This document shows, in pieces, positions 1 through 12,000 of a DNA stretch of 36,838 nucleotides. A program made the position numbers and the translations under genes. The stretch spans positions 1 to 36,838 of the forward strand of contig CAZHKJ010000001.1 in NCBI GenBank assembly GCA_964533115.1, in the 5' to 3' direction. A model generated the notes under the pieces. That model worked only from the letters and a program-made list of their open reading frames with translations. It was not told where the DNA came from and made no database searches. The DNA is from an uncultured Candidatus Peribacteria bacterium (GTDB lineage Bacteria; Patescibacteriota; Gracilibacteria; UBA1369; 2-02-FULL-48-14). How positions within the stretch are numbered: the stretch's first letter is position 1; each line of letters begins with the position of its first letter.

Positions 1-1
1 C

Positions 2-3000
2 TTTTTTGCGAGCCTTTTGCCCATGGCTCCCCTCACGGAGGCGCTTCAGATTGTAGGGAGTGAAGCCATCTTGAACGAAAACCCGGGAGGAGGGCTTTCA
101 GAACTGCGTGAAGTCGATGCTCTAGAGACCCGCTATGGGCTGGTCGCCATTTTAGTGGATGAAAATACATGGAAAGGAGTCAGCAGTAGTTCCGGCCCTT
201 TCTCCTTTTTGGGGAACACCGCTTTATCCAACTCCATTGTAACCTATGCACAGGATCTTCAATCGGCACTTCCTTGGACCAAAACCATCATTCTGACTGT
301 TTCAGAAGAAGATGGCCCCCCTGAGATTCAAAAACTGCTGGAGCAATTTTATTATGAAGGCAATCCAAATGATTCAGACCCTACAAAACTCACTGGAGTT
401 GTATTGATTGGTGACGTGCCCTTGCCCGTGGTGAACAAAAAGGGCTACCGCTTCATTTCCCTGCTCCCCTACACCGACTTTGAGGATCCTTCCTATGTCT
501 TTGATGAGACCACTGAAGATTTCCTGCCCAATCTTGGAGCTCAAGACTTGCAGGCTGAAATTTGGAATGGAGTGATTGTTCCTCCTGTAGATGGCCAAGA
601 AGGGATTGATCTTTTGGCTTCCTATTTCCAGAAAAATCATGCTTTTCATCAGGGTGAGGAGGAGTACACAAGCTTTAATCAAAAGAGCTTTATTGCTGAT
701 TTTGTAACAGAAGCTCACACTTTAAATGCGGTCTCTTTTGATGCCTATACTCGCTACACCCAGCTGTGGGAAGAATTTGCTTACTCTCGCTACAGCAACG
801 ATTTGGTGGAAGATGTTTTCACTCAAATGCAGAGCACCATCGACGCGGGCGATCAGTTGGACAACGACTTTGATGGACTCTATGACGAAGAAGCTCTAAA
901 TGGAATCGACGATGATGGAGACGGACTGGTGGATGAGGACATTGGCGATGGATTTTTTGGAATTGATAATGATGGCGACTGTTGGGCTCTTCCTGAATTC
1001 AGTCGTGACAGCAATGGAGATGGGACTCCTTGCAGTGGAGGCGTTTTAAACGCAATGGGAGATGATTGGGAGGAACGTCCCGATAATGGCGTGGATGAAG
1101 ATGCTTTTAATGACAATAATAACGATCGATATTGGGTGCTCCCCATTATTCCCACCGGAAGCGAATGGGAAGACCGTTTGGTGGATGAAGATCCTCCCGG
1201 AGATAGTAATGGAGATGGCTGTGCGGGGATTTGTGGAGTAGATGATAATGGAGATGCGCAGGATAGTGATGGAGATGGTTACGTGGATGGACTGGAGAAA
1301 GTTTTGGGAACCGACCCTTACGATGACCGCCGCCCCTGGGCTTCGATTAAAGTCTTCACTAATGGAACGGGGAATCCATGGTCTTCCTTGCTACCGGGTG
1401 ATTTTGCTACTGCGGAAGAAGCCACGGCTTGGTGGGCGGAAGGCTTCACCGATCAATTTTATTGGGGTTTATACGAAAGCCCCACTTGTATGAGTGGGGG
1501 TGTTTATCGTTCCGAATGGGATGATGATGAAGATGCTTTGTGTGAGGAAGATGGATCCACGGAAGATCGTTTATGGGCCGATGTGTATGGAAGTCCTTAT
1601 CCTGGAGTCTGCGCCTACAACGATGCCGATTGTGACGGACAAATTGATGAAGATCCCATTGGATTACAATCTCGGGGGCTTTTTGAAGATTTGCCTGACC
1701 TACAAGCTCGCTCTATTCTCCAGGGTTTAACAAAAAAATATGCGGAACTCTTTGCTCAACCTCAAGGGGTTTGGAATCGCTTGGTGAATAACACGGGGCG
1801 ATACGAAGCTCAAGTACTGCAGTCCGATGCTAGTGTCCAGAATGATTATGACACTCCTGTGTCTTTAATTTCCAAAAAAGATGCCTATACCATTCAGATT
1901 CTTAGAAGTTTTAATGATCGTTTTGAAAGTCTCACTCAAGAGTTGATTGAGGATGAAGATTTAGCCCTAGAAATTCCTGTGATCGGCCTCTTGGAAATCG
2001 CTGGATCTTACACGGTTACCATTGAAAACTCAGATGGTGAGCTGGAAGAAAGCGAGGCCCTTGCGGTGTGTGATCCCGGCCTCAATAGCGATAATGCTGA
2101 TTCTTGTTTGCAATTTTTAAACTCCGGTTCAAATGACCGTGCACTGGGGAGCAGTATGCCCCATGATTCTGTTTCAGAATTTGTGGGGAAGAATGCGGTG
2201 GAAGATGTGTATGTCGCCGGTCAGAATTGGAGTGAAGTGGAGGATGTTCGAGAGTGTAGCTTGTTTGCCGGTACTTATGAAGAAGGTGGGCAATTGGCTC
2301 AATTCAATACCATGTACAGTAGTGATCAAGCGGATTTAAATTTGGGAGAGGTGAAAGAAATTAAAAACTGCGTGCCTGAATTTGCCAGTTATTTGGGCGA
2401 TATTCCCGAGCTCTGTAGTACGGCGACTGCGTACGGAGATATTCGTGACCTTGGAGGGGCGATTTCGGCGGAAGAAATCGTCAATCGCTTTGGGGGGGAT
2501 GTCGACACTTATGCTTCGGCTTGGGAAGTGGGCCCCGAAGCGTGTTATGAATTTAGAGAGTTCAAAACCTATGATGTCTATTTGTCTATTCATGGAGATT
2601 TTAACGATTGGCTCAGTGAAAAATTGCGTAAATTTCGTAAAAATACCGATGGTTCCGATGCCGAATATGAGGAGTTTTTAGAAGAGGTGGAAGAGAAACG
2701 TAACAGTTATGGCACGCGGCCCGATGAAGTGACTTTACGTAAAAATTTTAGTGAATTGGATATTTTCTCAAAAGACCCCAGCATTACTTATACGGTCGTC
2801 GATATGATGAAGGATTTAGGCTACAGCGCAGCCAGCAATGATGATATCGACACTTTTATTGCCTTGTATGATGGGGACCTTATCACCATTGATGATCCTC
2901 AATATGGCAGCGGAACCGAAAACATTTCCCGCTTGGAACTGATTTTGTATCGTGCTTACGTGACGGAAGATGGAGAGTCTTTTAGCTTTGATAAGGAGGA

Positions 3001-6000
3001 AGCCAAAGTCCTTTCTTCGATCTATTTACACAATGAGCCACGAGACGTGGTGCTCAATGCCATGGCAGAAACTCAGGCTTCGCCGAATATCCCTGTGGAT
3101 GCCACTCGGCGCATGGTCTTTATCGATCAATCTTCGACGGCACAAACTTTGAATTTTATTGATGTTTTTGAAGCTGAAAATCTAGAAGATGTGGAAGCTC
3201 AGCTCAGTACTTTAGCCAACGCCGTAGAAAACATTGAGGGTGCTTCCAATTTAGGAGGGGAGGTGGAAGATTTTATGGATGAAATCAATCTGGATCAATT
3301 GAGCGATGCTTTAAATTGGTATCGGATGAGTATTGATGAAAAACACAGTTATATTTTGAGTCACTACTTGGGCGATGACGAAGCCGTTTCATCCAAAGCT
3401 CGTGACGGATACGAAATGGCCTACATCATTGCCGATGGGAGTGCTGATGAAATCATGTTTGCTTTCAATGGAGACTCTAAAAACATGATCGAAGGAGATT
3501 TGGAATTTAAATATCCAGATGAGTTGGAGAGAGCCCTGATTCTTGCTGACGAAGAAGATGAAGCCAGTGAAGCCGCTGAAAGCATCAGCTCCCTGAGCAA
3601 CACCACTCCCATTGAATTGAAGGATTGGTTCCCTGCGGTGGTGGAATGGGTGGATGAGATCAAAGACTCTAGCAATCGGCTCACGGCCTATGGCGTTAAT
3701 GGGGCCACTTGTGGAGATAGCTCTGATTTTTCTTCTCAAGCATCGGGAGATTTAAATAGCGATGGAGTTCCTGACGGAGCGGAGTCCAGTGTAAGCCTTA
3801 AACTCAGCAGCGAGGATTTCAATACGCTTCAGCCCAATGGTGATGTCTATACGGTTAGCGTGAGCGCGCTGAATGGAGAGGGTTCTCTCAATTATTATGA
3901 CTCTTATACGGAAGTCAGTTTAGAAATTGTTTCTGGGGAAGACAGTATCTCCATTGGAGGAAGCCAAGTTTTGCCCCTCAGCGGTGGGATTGCTACTTTT
4001 TCTTTATTCAGTCTTGATCCAGGCTCTTTTAGCCTACGAGCCACCCTCGTGAATCGTAGCGATATTTATGACTCAAATACTTTAAGTGGAAGTGTGGTGG
4101 AGAAAATCATTAAAGTGACCAGCTTTGTTCAAGAAACGATAAGCAGTGAGGTGGTCAATAATGAACCCAGTTCGCGTATTGAAGTCAAAGATTCGTTCGG
4201 CTCCATTGTTGCTGTTTTGGACCCCGAAACAGGGGCTCTGGATTTACGTGAGGCCATTGCCGTTTTAAAAGAAGCCACTCCTAGCCTCCCCACCCGGATC
4301 AGCATTCAAAGTACGGAAGGAGAAATCTACAGTGTTTTCTTTCTTATCCCTAGTGAAAAAAGGGTTTCCATTGGAGATGGTTTTGCGGGTGTTTTTGTGA
4401 ACACCGTAGCCGAGAATGCAGGCACTGCGCTGGCGGAAAATGGCATCGCCCTGGAAGTGGACGGGCTAGAAATGGGCCTTGTGACGGGCCTAGGGCAAAT
4501 AGCGTTAGCGGAAGGCTACCGTTTAGCCTTTGAAAATCCGGAAGAAATCAACTTGTATGCCCCGCTTAGGATTCTAGATGCGGAAGCTAACCCTTTATTC
4601 ACCGTAGAAATTAAAGATTCCTTTACAGAAGGCTCTTTAGTGCCTGCTTCGGATCTTTATGAAGACTATTTTTCTTTAAATGAAAATCCCCGCTTTAGTG
4701 CTAGGCTCCTCAAGATCTTTGAGCTGCCCAAAGCGTGGGCGGAAACAATGATTGCAGATACGGATAGTGATCTTTTAGATGACTTGGAAGAATGGCTTAT
4801 TGGCACTGAGTACCGCACCGCCGATACGGACGGGGATGCTTACAAAGACGGCGAAGAGATTTTTTCAGGTTATGATCCTTTATCTGGGAATGGAGAAAAA
4901 CTGTTCACTGATATCGATGCCAGTCATGTGGCTTATTATGATTTGGCCAGCTTGTATGTGCGTGGCGTGATCAAAGGTTATCAGGATGGAAGCTTTAAGC
5001 CGGATAATCCTATCACTCGTGAAGAATTTTTGAAGATTGATCTTGGAGCCATTTGTAAAGCTTGTGATAACTATGAATCGACTTATGAAAATGCCCTGCT
5101 TTCCCTCTACAATCAAGACCCTTTCCCGGATACCAATTTCAATCCAGAATTGCTGGCTTGTGTGGCCGAAGCAAAGACCTCTGGTATTGTTTCGGGTTAT
5201 GCGGGCGGTGATGCAGTGGGTTACTATCTTCCCACTCAAAACATCAGCCGTGCCGAAGCCACTAAAATCTTAGTAGAAACGGCCGGGCTGCCGACTCGAA
5301 CTCCCTCTGCGGATGAAGCTTGGTATGCCGGTTATGTCGAAACGGCTCAGTCCTATAAGCTCTTCCCCGATGGAGTCAGCCCAACAACAGAATGGTTGGG
5401 GGCTGCGATTACTCGTATGGAATTCGTGATGATGGCGGTGAATTTGGTGGAAGCAAAAGATTGTCGAGCCGTGGACAGTGATGCGGATGGACTGAGTGAC
5501 ACGGAAGAGACGGTGCTCTTTGGAACGGATCCTCAAAATCCCGATACTGATAATGGAGGCATAAACGATTGGGATGAAATGGTTCGAGGAACGGATCCAC
5601 TCAATAGCACTGATGACTTCCCTATTCCTGCGAATAATCTGGACTCAGAAGATTTTTCAAACTATGGCGCTTATGACCACTCGCCCGGCCTTTATTCTGT
5701 TTCAGATCAAGCGGATTACGGCAGTGTTTCGAGCACGAGTGGAGTCCTTTCCACTGAGATGAATCTTTATACTAGTGAAGTGGCTGCTGATGGACGTTCT
5801 ACACTCATGGTGCGCGCGGAAATTCGTGATCAAAATGATGATATTTATGTGGACGACAATAGCAGTCAAATTGAATTTATCCTTTCCAACGATGAGTATG
5901 GAGTTTTGGAGTCCAACACCGTTTTGGTTCAAAATGGAATCGCCGAAACAAGTTTTCTTTCCAGCCAAAATGCAGGCGAGCTCACGATCTCCGCTCAATT

Positions 6001-9000
6001 GGTTTTTGGGTCTCTTCCCTCCAATGACCAAGCTATTCACGTGTATGCGGGGGAGCCGGCTCGAATCGAGATCACCAGTGAATCTACTGTGCTGCCCATT
6101 GGAGGAGATAGTTTTTCAGACGCTCAGGTCACCCTCTACGATCCTTACAACAACCTCGCTAATTATGGCTCGTATTCCGTGACTTTTGAAAGTGAGGATC
6201 TTGTTTTACTGGGTTTGAAAGATGAAGATGCGAGCATCCCTGGAATCCAGATTACTGTGCAAAATGGTCAAATCCCATTCCGAATTTTATCGGATCTTGA
6301 AGAGGGTTTAGATACCGTGACGGTTTATCTTACCGAGCAACCGGATATCTCTGATCGTCTTAGCATGGAAAGTATTGAAGGTATGCGTTTGCTCGTGGAG
6401 CTTTCCGATCCTTATATGTTTGCGGGGAGTGCTGGAACCCAAGCCGTACAAATCCAAGTCGTGGATGCTCTGGGCTTGCCTGTTTCCGATTTTCAAGGCG
6501 AGGTGAGCGTAGGCCTGAGTGATGCTGATTATGGGACTGTTGATCAATCCACCTTCTCCTTGATTTCTGGGCAGGGTACTACGGTTCTCACTGCAGGCAC
6601 TCTGGCGGGCACCGGCTCTATTTTAGTGGAAAGCATGGGAATGGAAACGGGCAGTAGCCCTTTGGAGGTGAAGCCAAGTGATACGGTAGAACTACGCATT
6701 CGCACCCAGGATGGAGCCACACGACTTAAGGCGGACTCTGTTCAGAAATTTTATGTGGAGGCCTACGATGCCTATGGAAATCTTGTGAGCACGGATAGCA
6801 GCACTTCCGGGACCTTACGCCTCACGGAAGCTACAGCTCCCTACGGAACCCTGTCTCGAAATTCCTTTGTTTTAAACCAAGGTCAGGCGGAATTTTCGGT
6901 GCTTTTGGGCACTGTGAGTGGTTTACTGAATATTGTGGCTTCCTCTAGTGGAGTGACTGCGGGCACCTGGGGGGGCGAGGTGAATTATTTTGTGACGGGC
7001 GAAGAAATGAAAGAGGTGAATCCTCAAATGCTTTACGCCAATGTTTTAGGGGCGGCCTTTGGCGATGTTACCCAAGAAGACTACATCGGAGGTTGGATGC
7101 TTTTTAATGGAAAAACTCAAGCTGTAAGTAGTTTGGTTTCTGAGCCCTTGCCTAAAAAACCCATCGCTAGCGTGGATGCTGAGGGAACCATCAGTCTTGC
7201 TCAGGATGGTTTGATTGCCCAAAGTGTAGTGGGAGCGGGGTCCAGCTTACCCATGGTCCTACAGTGGCATGCTTACCCCGAACAACGGCTGATGGCCGAA
7301 CTCTTTTTTGTTCTTGGCGAAGAGGAAGAAAATCCTGGTTTTAATGCTGTTTTAAGCAGCAGTGATTCGGCTTATGTTTTGGAAGAGCAAGAAGGAGCTT
7401 CCTACGTACTCAAAGAAGATTCGGTAGTTATTGCTCGCATCCGTGCCGATGGACAAATCGTTTTACTCGATTCCAGTTATTATTTGGTGGGGAATGACTA
7501 TGCCTCAGGACTGAGTTTGGCGCTCATGAAAAACACTGAAGCCATTTTACGAGTGGACTATGCTCTCCCTCAAGAAGATGTCACCTTGCTGGATAAAGAT
7601 TTTAATCTTGAGAACTGGTCCACCTTGAATCCCGGGCTTTATGTGAAATCCAGTCCACATAGTGAATTTGATTTTATGTATACCCCTACGGGCAATAGCT
7701 CTAATAACCCTCAAGGGCTTGTTTTGACCGATCCCAATGCGCTCTTACCGGAGGACTTACGGCCTTCTATGGGATACACCACTTTGGATAATGCTGAAGA
7801 AGATGGAACGGTTGGATTTGAAGGTGAAAATAAAAATATGCTTCTATTCAGTGCGGGGAATACAGCGGGTGATTCCAATCGATTTTATGTTTCTGAAGTC
7901 GGCATTCTACTCGGAGATCCCAGCATTCAATTGCCCACAGAAAATGAACTGAACTCTCTTGGTTTCACCGACGATATCGGTAGCACCGTCTATGCCGGAT
8001 CGGAAGACATTTTTGGCATGGTGGACATCGATTATAATGGAGATGGGCAGATGGATGTTTTGCTCGTTTACGAAGATGGGCGCATTGAAGTTTTGCAAAA
8101 TTATGAGTCCCCCAATCGATTGAATGCTCGAGGTGCCTTACTCCAGATTGAAAATGGGATTCGTTCTATTGATAAAGGAGATTTTAATGCGGATGGCTTA
8201 AGCGACTTGGTGATTGTGACTGAGGAATCATGTTATGCGGAAGAAATGTGTTTGTACTTGTACGAAAATATTGGAGGAGGCTTTGTGGCTCAGAATCTGA
8301 GTTTTAATGAGATCAATGCGCAGCCCGAGCAAGTGGAAGTTATGGATCTTAATAATGACGGCTATGACGATTTGGTGCTTTCGGATGTGGATATGCAGCT
8401 CTACGTCGTTTGGAATAGCGAAGGGACTTTATCAAGCGTGGATAGTATTGAAAATTTTGGTTTGAATGTGGATGGCTCTCAAAATTTATACGCAGATCTT
8501 GCTGTTTATTATGATGGATTAAGTGGAGGTTCTGTTTCTTTGAGCGTCCCTTCCCGCTCCGAGGATGAGCTCTTCTCGAGCCTTGGATTTGCTCACGCCA
8601 ATTCAGCTTCCGTCAACTCTCTTTTACGTGTGGAAAAAACCATGAGTGATTCTAGTGGAGGTCGGGTCAAAATGGACGATACTTTGAACGTTGAGCTCCG
8701 TTTGAGCAATCTTTCGAGTGCTAGCATCAATGAACTTTATTTCTCAGATTCCATTGGCTCTTTTTTTAGTTTTAATCCCGATGGCTTCACTTGTTCCTCT
8801 TGTGAGGGGATTGATTTGAGTTCCGCTGAACTAGTGGATGGAAATGCCACTCGCCCGTTTATTTATGGCCCTTTTAATCTGGCTGCGGGTTCAGAAGTGA
8901 GCTTCAGCTATCCATTAAGCGTAGCAGAGCTTCCCACGCTTTCCCTCATGGTTGGAAATGATATTTATTCCGATTATGTGGATGATGACTATGCGGACAT

Positions 9001-12000
9001 TGGGGTTTCTTTGGAAGGAAACGGCTCGGGAGAACTGATTGTTTTTTACTCGGATGGGACTTATGAGGAAACTTTGGAAGAAGGCCTGTTCGGGACTGGC
9101 CTTGGAGCTCAAATCATAGAGCACGTGAATTATGAGCGTAAAAATTATTCTTCTTCCAACCCCGACTATGAAGAAGCCTATGACACCACGCAAGCCAGTC
9201 CCCTGGAAGATGCGGATGGCGATGGGATCCCTGACTTTATGGGGGGCATGGATGAAGAATTAGGAGTTCCTGTCCCCAACACTGGCTATGACATTGTCTC
9301 TGAAGTTTTGGGCGGAACGGATGAAGATAGCAATGGCTATTACTCGACCGAAGAAATGTTCAGCAGTGATAATGATTCCGATAATGACGGCCTTTACGAT
9401 ACAGTGGATGACTTTGAGGCTCTTGGGAATTTATTGCTCGATCCGAGTTTGGATTTTGAGCTTGAAGAGGATGAGGTCTCCCTCAGTGAGGAGGGCCTTG
9501 AACTGGAGCTTCAGTTGGAGATTTTAGATGAGAGTATTGCAGGTTTAACCGATGAGATTGAAGATATTGTTTCGATGTTCAGCTGTAACGGGGCTTGCTT
9601 GGCCTTGCCGGGAAGCGTTGCCTTTTTGGCCCCCGGTCCCTACCACGATCCATTTACGGGAGCGATTCTTGGCTTTGACCCAGGTACGCCTATTTTTGGA
9701 TTAATGCCCTATCCTCCCACCTTTGTTTGTACCGGGCAACAATGTTATGGCGCTCAAGCGATGCGTATGTATCTGGCCCCCACCACCACGTTAGGCTTAG
9801 GTTTAGCCGTCTGTGTGGCTCCTTACCCGGTTGGAAAATGCTGGGCTTTCAATATTCCTCTCTTACAAGTTTTGAGTGTTTGTGATGCCCTGAATGGATT
9901 TATTGCCGATGGCCTTTCCAAGGCCAATGCTTTTGCGACTTCCGGTACGAGCATCGCTTTTCAGGCGAACAGCATGAGTAGCTCCGGTACTAATCCCAGT
10001 GGTTTATCAAGTGCGCTCCTAGGCAACTACAGCCCTCCTAGTTCGGTCAATACCAATATTCAAGTGCCTGGCTTCCCCTCTGTCTTTACCGAATGGTGGA
10101 GAGCTCAAAAAGAAGAGTTCTTCAAAATGATGGATTTGCCGGACCTGACCTTTATTTACCCCGATCCCAGTAGTATTGGCTCTAACTTTAACGATGTTCA
10201 ACTGGATCAAACGGCTAAAGTTGAAGAGCTTCCCAACGGTGTTTTAGGTTTAGAATCTGTTTTAAACTATGTGCATGCTCTTCCTCTCATTGATGTAAAA
10301 CCTGAAAAAGTATACGTTCATTATCCTGCTATAACGGATGAGGAAATCTTATTGATTCAGCAAGATTTCGGCGCTTGGGTCCAAGATACCAAAACTAAGT
10401 GGGGCGTTTTTAAAGAACAATTTGAGCTGAGAAAAGCCAAAAATGAGGTGAGTGCGGCTGAACAAGAAATCTTTAATGAACTGGAAGCCACGGTGCAAGA
10501 AGCAATCACCGCTGTGGAAGCGAATATGTCTATATTAGAGAGCTATAAAGAAGTCCCCTATGAACTTCTTGAGCTGCGTAACATGCAAGCGGAATACGCT
10601 AAAGTGATCATTTGTTACTTAGACGCTATTCTAGATTTTACGGCAATTTATCTCAATGAAAACATGCAGAGGATTGAAGCTTGGGCTCAATTTGTTGTTG
10701 ATTTGCGTGAAATTGTGGATGGCTGGCAATTACTGATTGATCTGTCGGCTGACTTTATGGACTCCTGTGATAAATGCACCAATCAACGTTTCAGTGGGCT
10801 TCAATTGCTGTTCAGTTTGTTTGTCTTCATGCCCGAATTCCCCGTGGTTGAATTGCCGAAATTGCCTGACATCGTTGTGGATGTTTCTCACATTCAAGCG
10901 GGGGTCGATATTGTTTGGCCCGACCTTCAATTTATACCCGATCGTCTCAATATTCCTGAGCTCCCTCGGCTCGAATTCCCTGAAGCTAGCCTCAATACCG
11001 ATTTGAACGTAGACCTAGATATTACCATTCCTTTGCTTCCGGAATTTGATTTTGATCTTGAACTTCCCGCTCTACCTCCACTCACTCTACCCCAACTTCC
11101 CAGCTTACCTCCTCCTCCTGCCGTTCCTGAGCTGGATCCCAGTTTAGAGGCTTCGCTCAATGTGGCTAGCTCTGTTTTACGCCTGGTTTGTATCATTCGT
11201 GCGGGGTTCATTCCCACCGATGAAATGATGCTCAAAACACGTATCGAAGAAATCACCGAGCGGCCCGGGGGCGTTGTCCTTCCTTCCGACATTGCGACTA
11301 CGGTTGAGTGGCCTGCTTTTCATTTCGATTTCCTCAAACGTGTAGAAGTCACCACCTATTTGAATTTGAATGCCAATTTCTCCCCCTTATTTGATCTTGT
11401 TCAAAATTTTGCTGAGCAAACGGAATCTTTGAGTACAGATTTCACAGGAGGCCTAGGTGGAGACTTACAAGATTTAGCGGATGTTCTGGAAGCTCTGTCT
11501 GCTCCCACTCAAAACATTGACCTGGAACTTGATGTAGAAGGAAATGTGGAAATTGAAACCAATGATTCTAATGAGGAGACCAGCTCCCTTGACCCTGCCA
11601 TGCAAGTGGCTGCTCAATACATTAATGATCCTCTTGTAGCGGAGCGTTTAATGGCTTTGCAAAAAATGATGGAAACGCTGCAAGTGGAAGTGGATGATTG
11701 GGCGGAAACTCTGCCTGAAGACATCACTTTGGTGGCCACGGAGCGTGAACTGACCCCCGATGATCCTTTGCTTCATCGTTACGATTCCATTGCCCTTGAA
11801 GGCAACTTAGACTCTGAATTTTTGAGGAGTATTTCGGGAACTCCACTAGAAGGAGTCGCTCTTTTGCGTGATTCTTTGCTGAGCTATGTTGACGATTTTG
11901 AAGATGAAAATGCGCGCTTGGCTCATATGGACGACCTTTCTTTCTACAATGCCATTTCAAGCCGTTCAGTAGAAAGTCCTACGGTATTTGCCAGTGATTC

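Noticed and set aside
2492-2498. G7 homopolymers inside the giant ORF (2492-2498 and 6969-6975) as possible phase-variation tracts.
   Set aside because: A rough calculation (about 22% G per position) predicts about one or two such runs in 36.8 kb by chance. The tracts are shorter than typical contingency-locus repeats.
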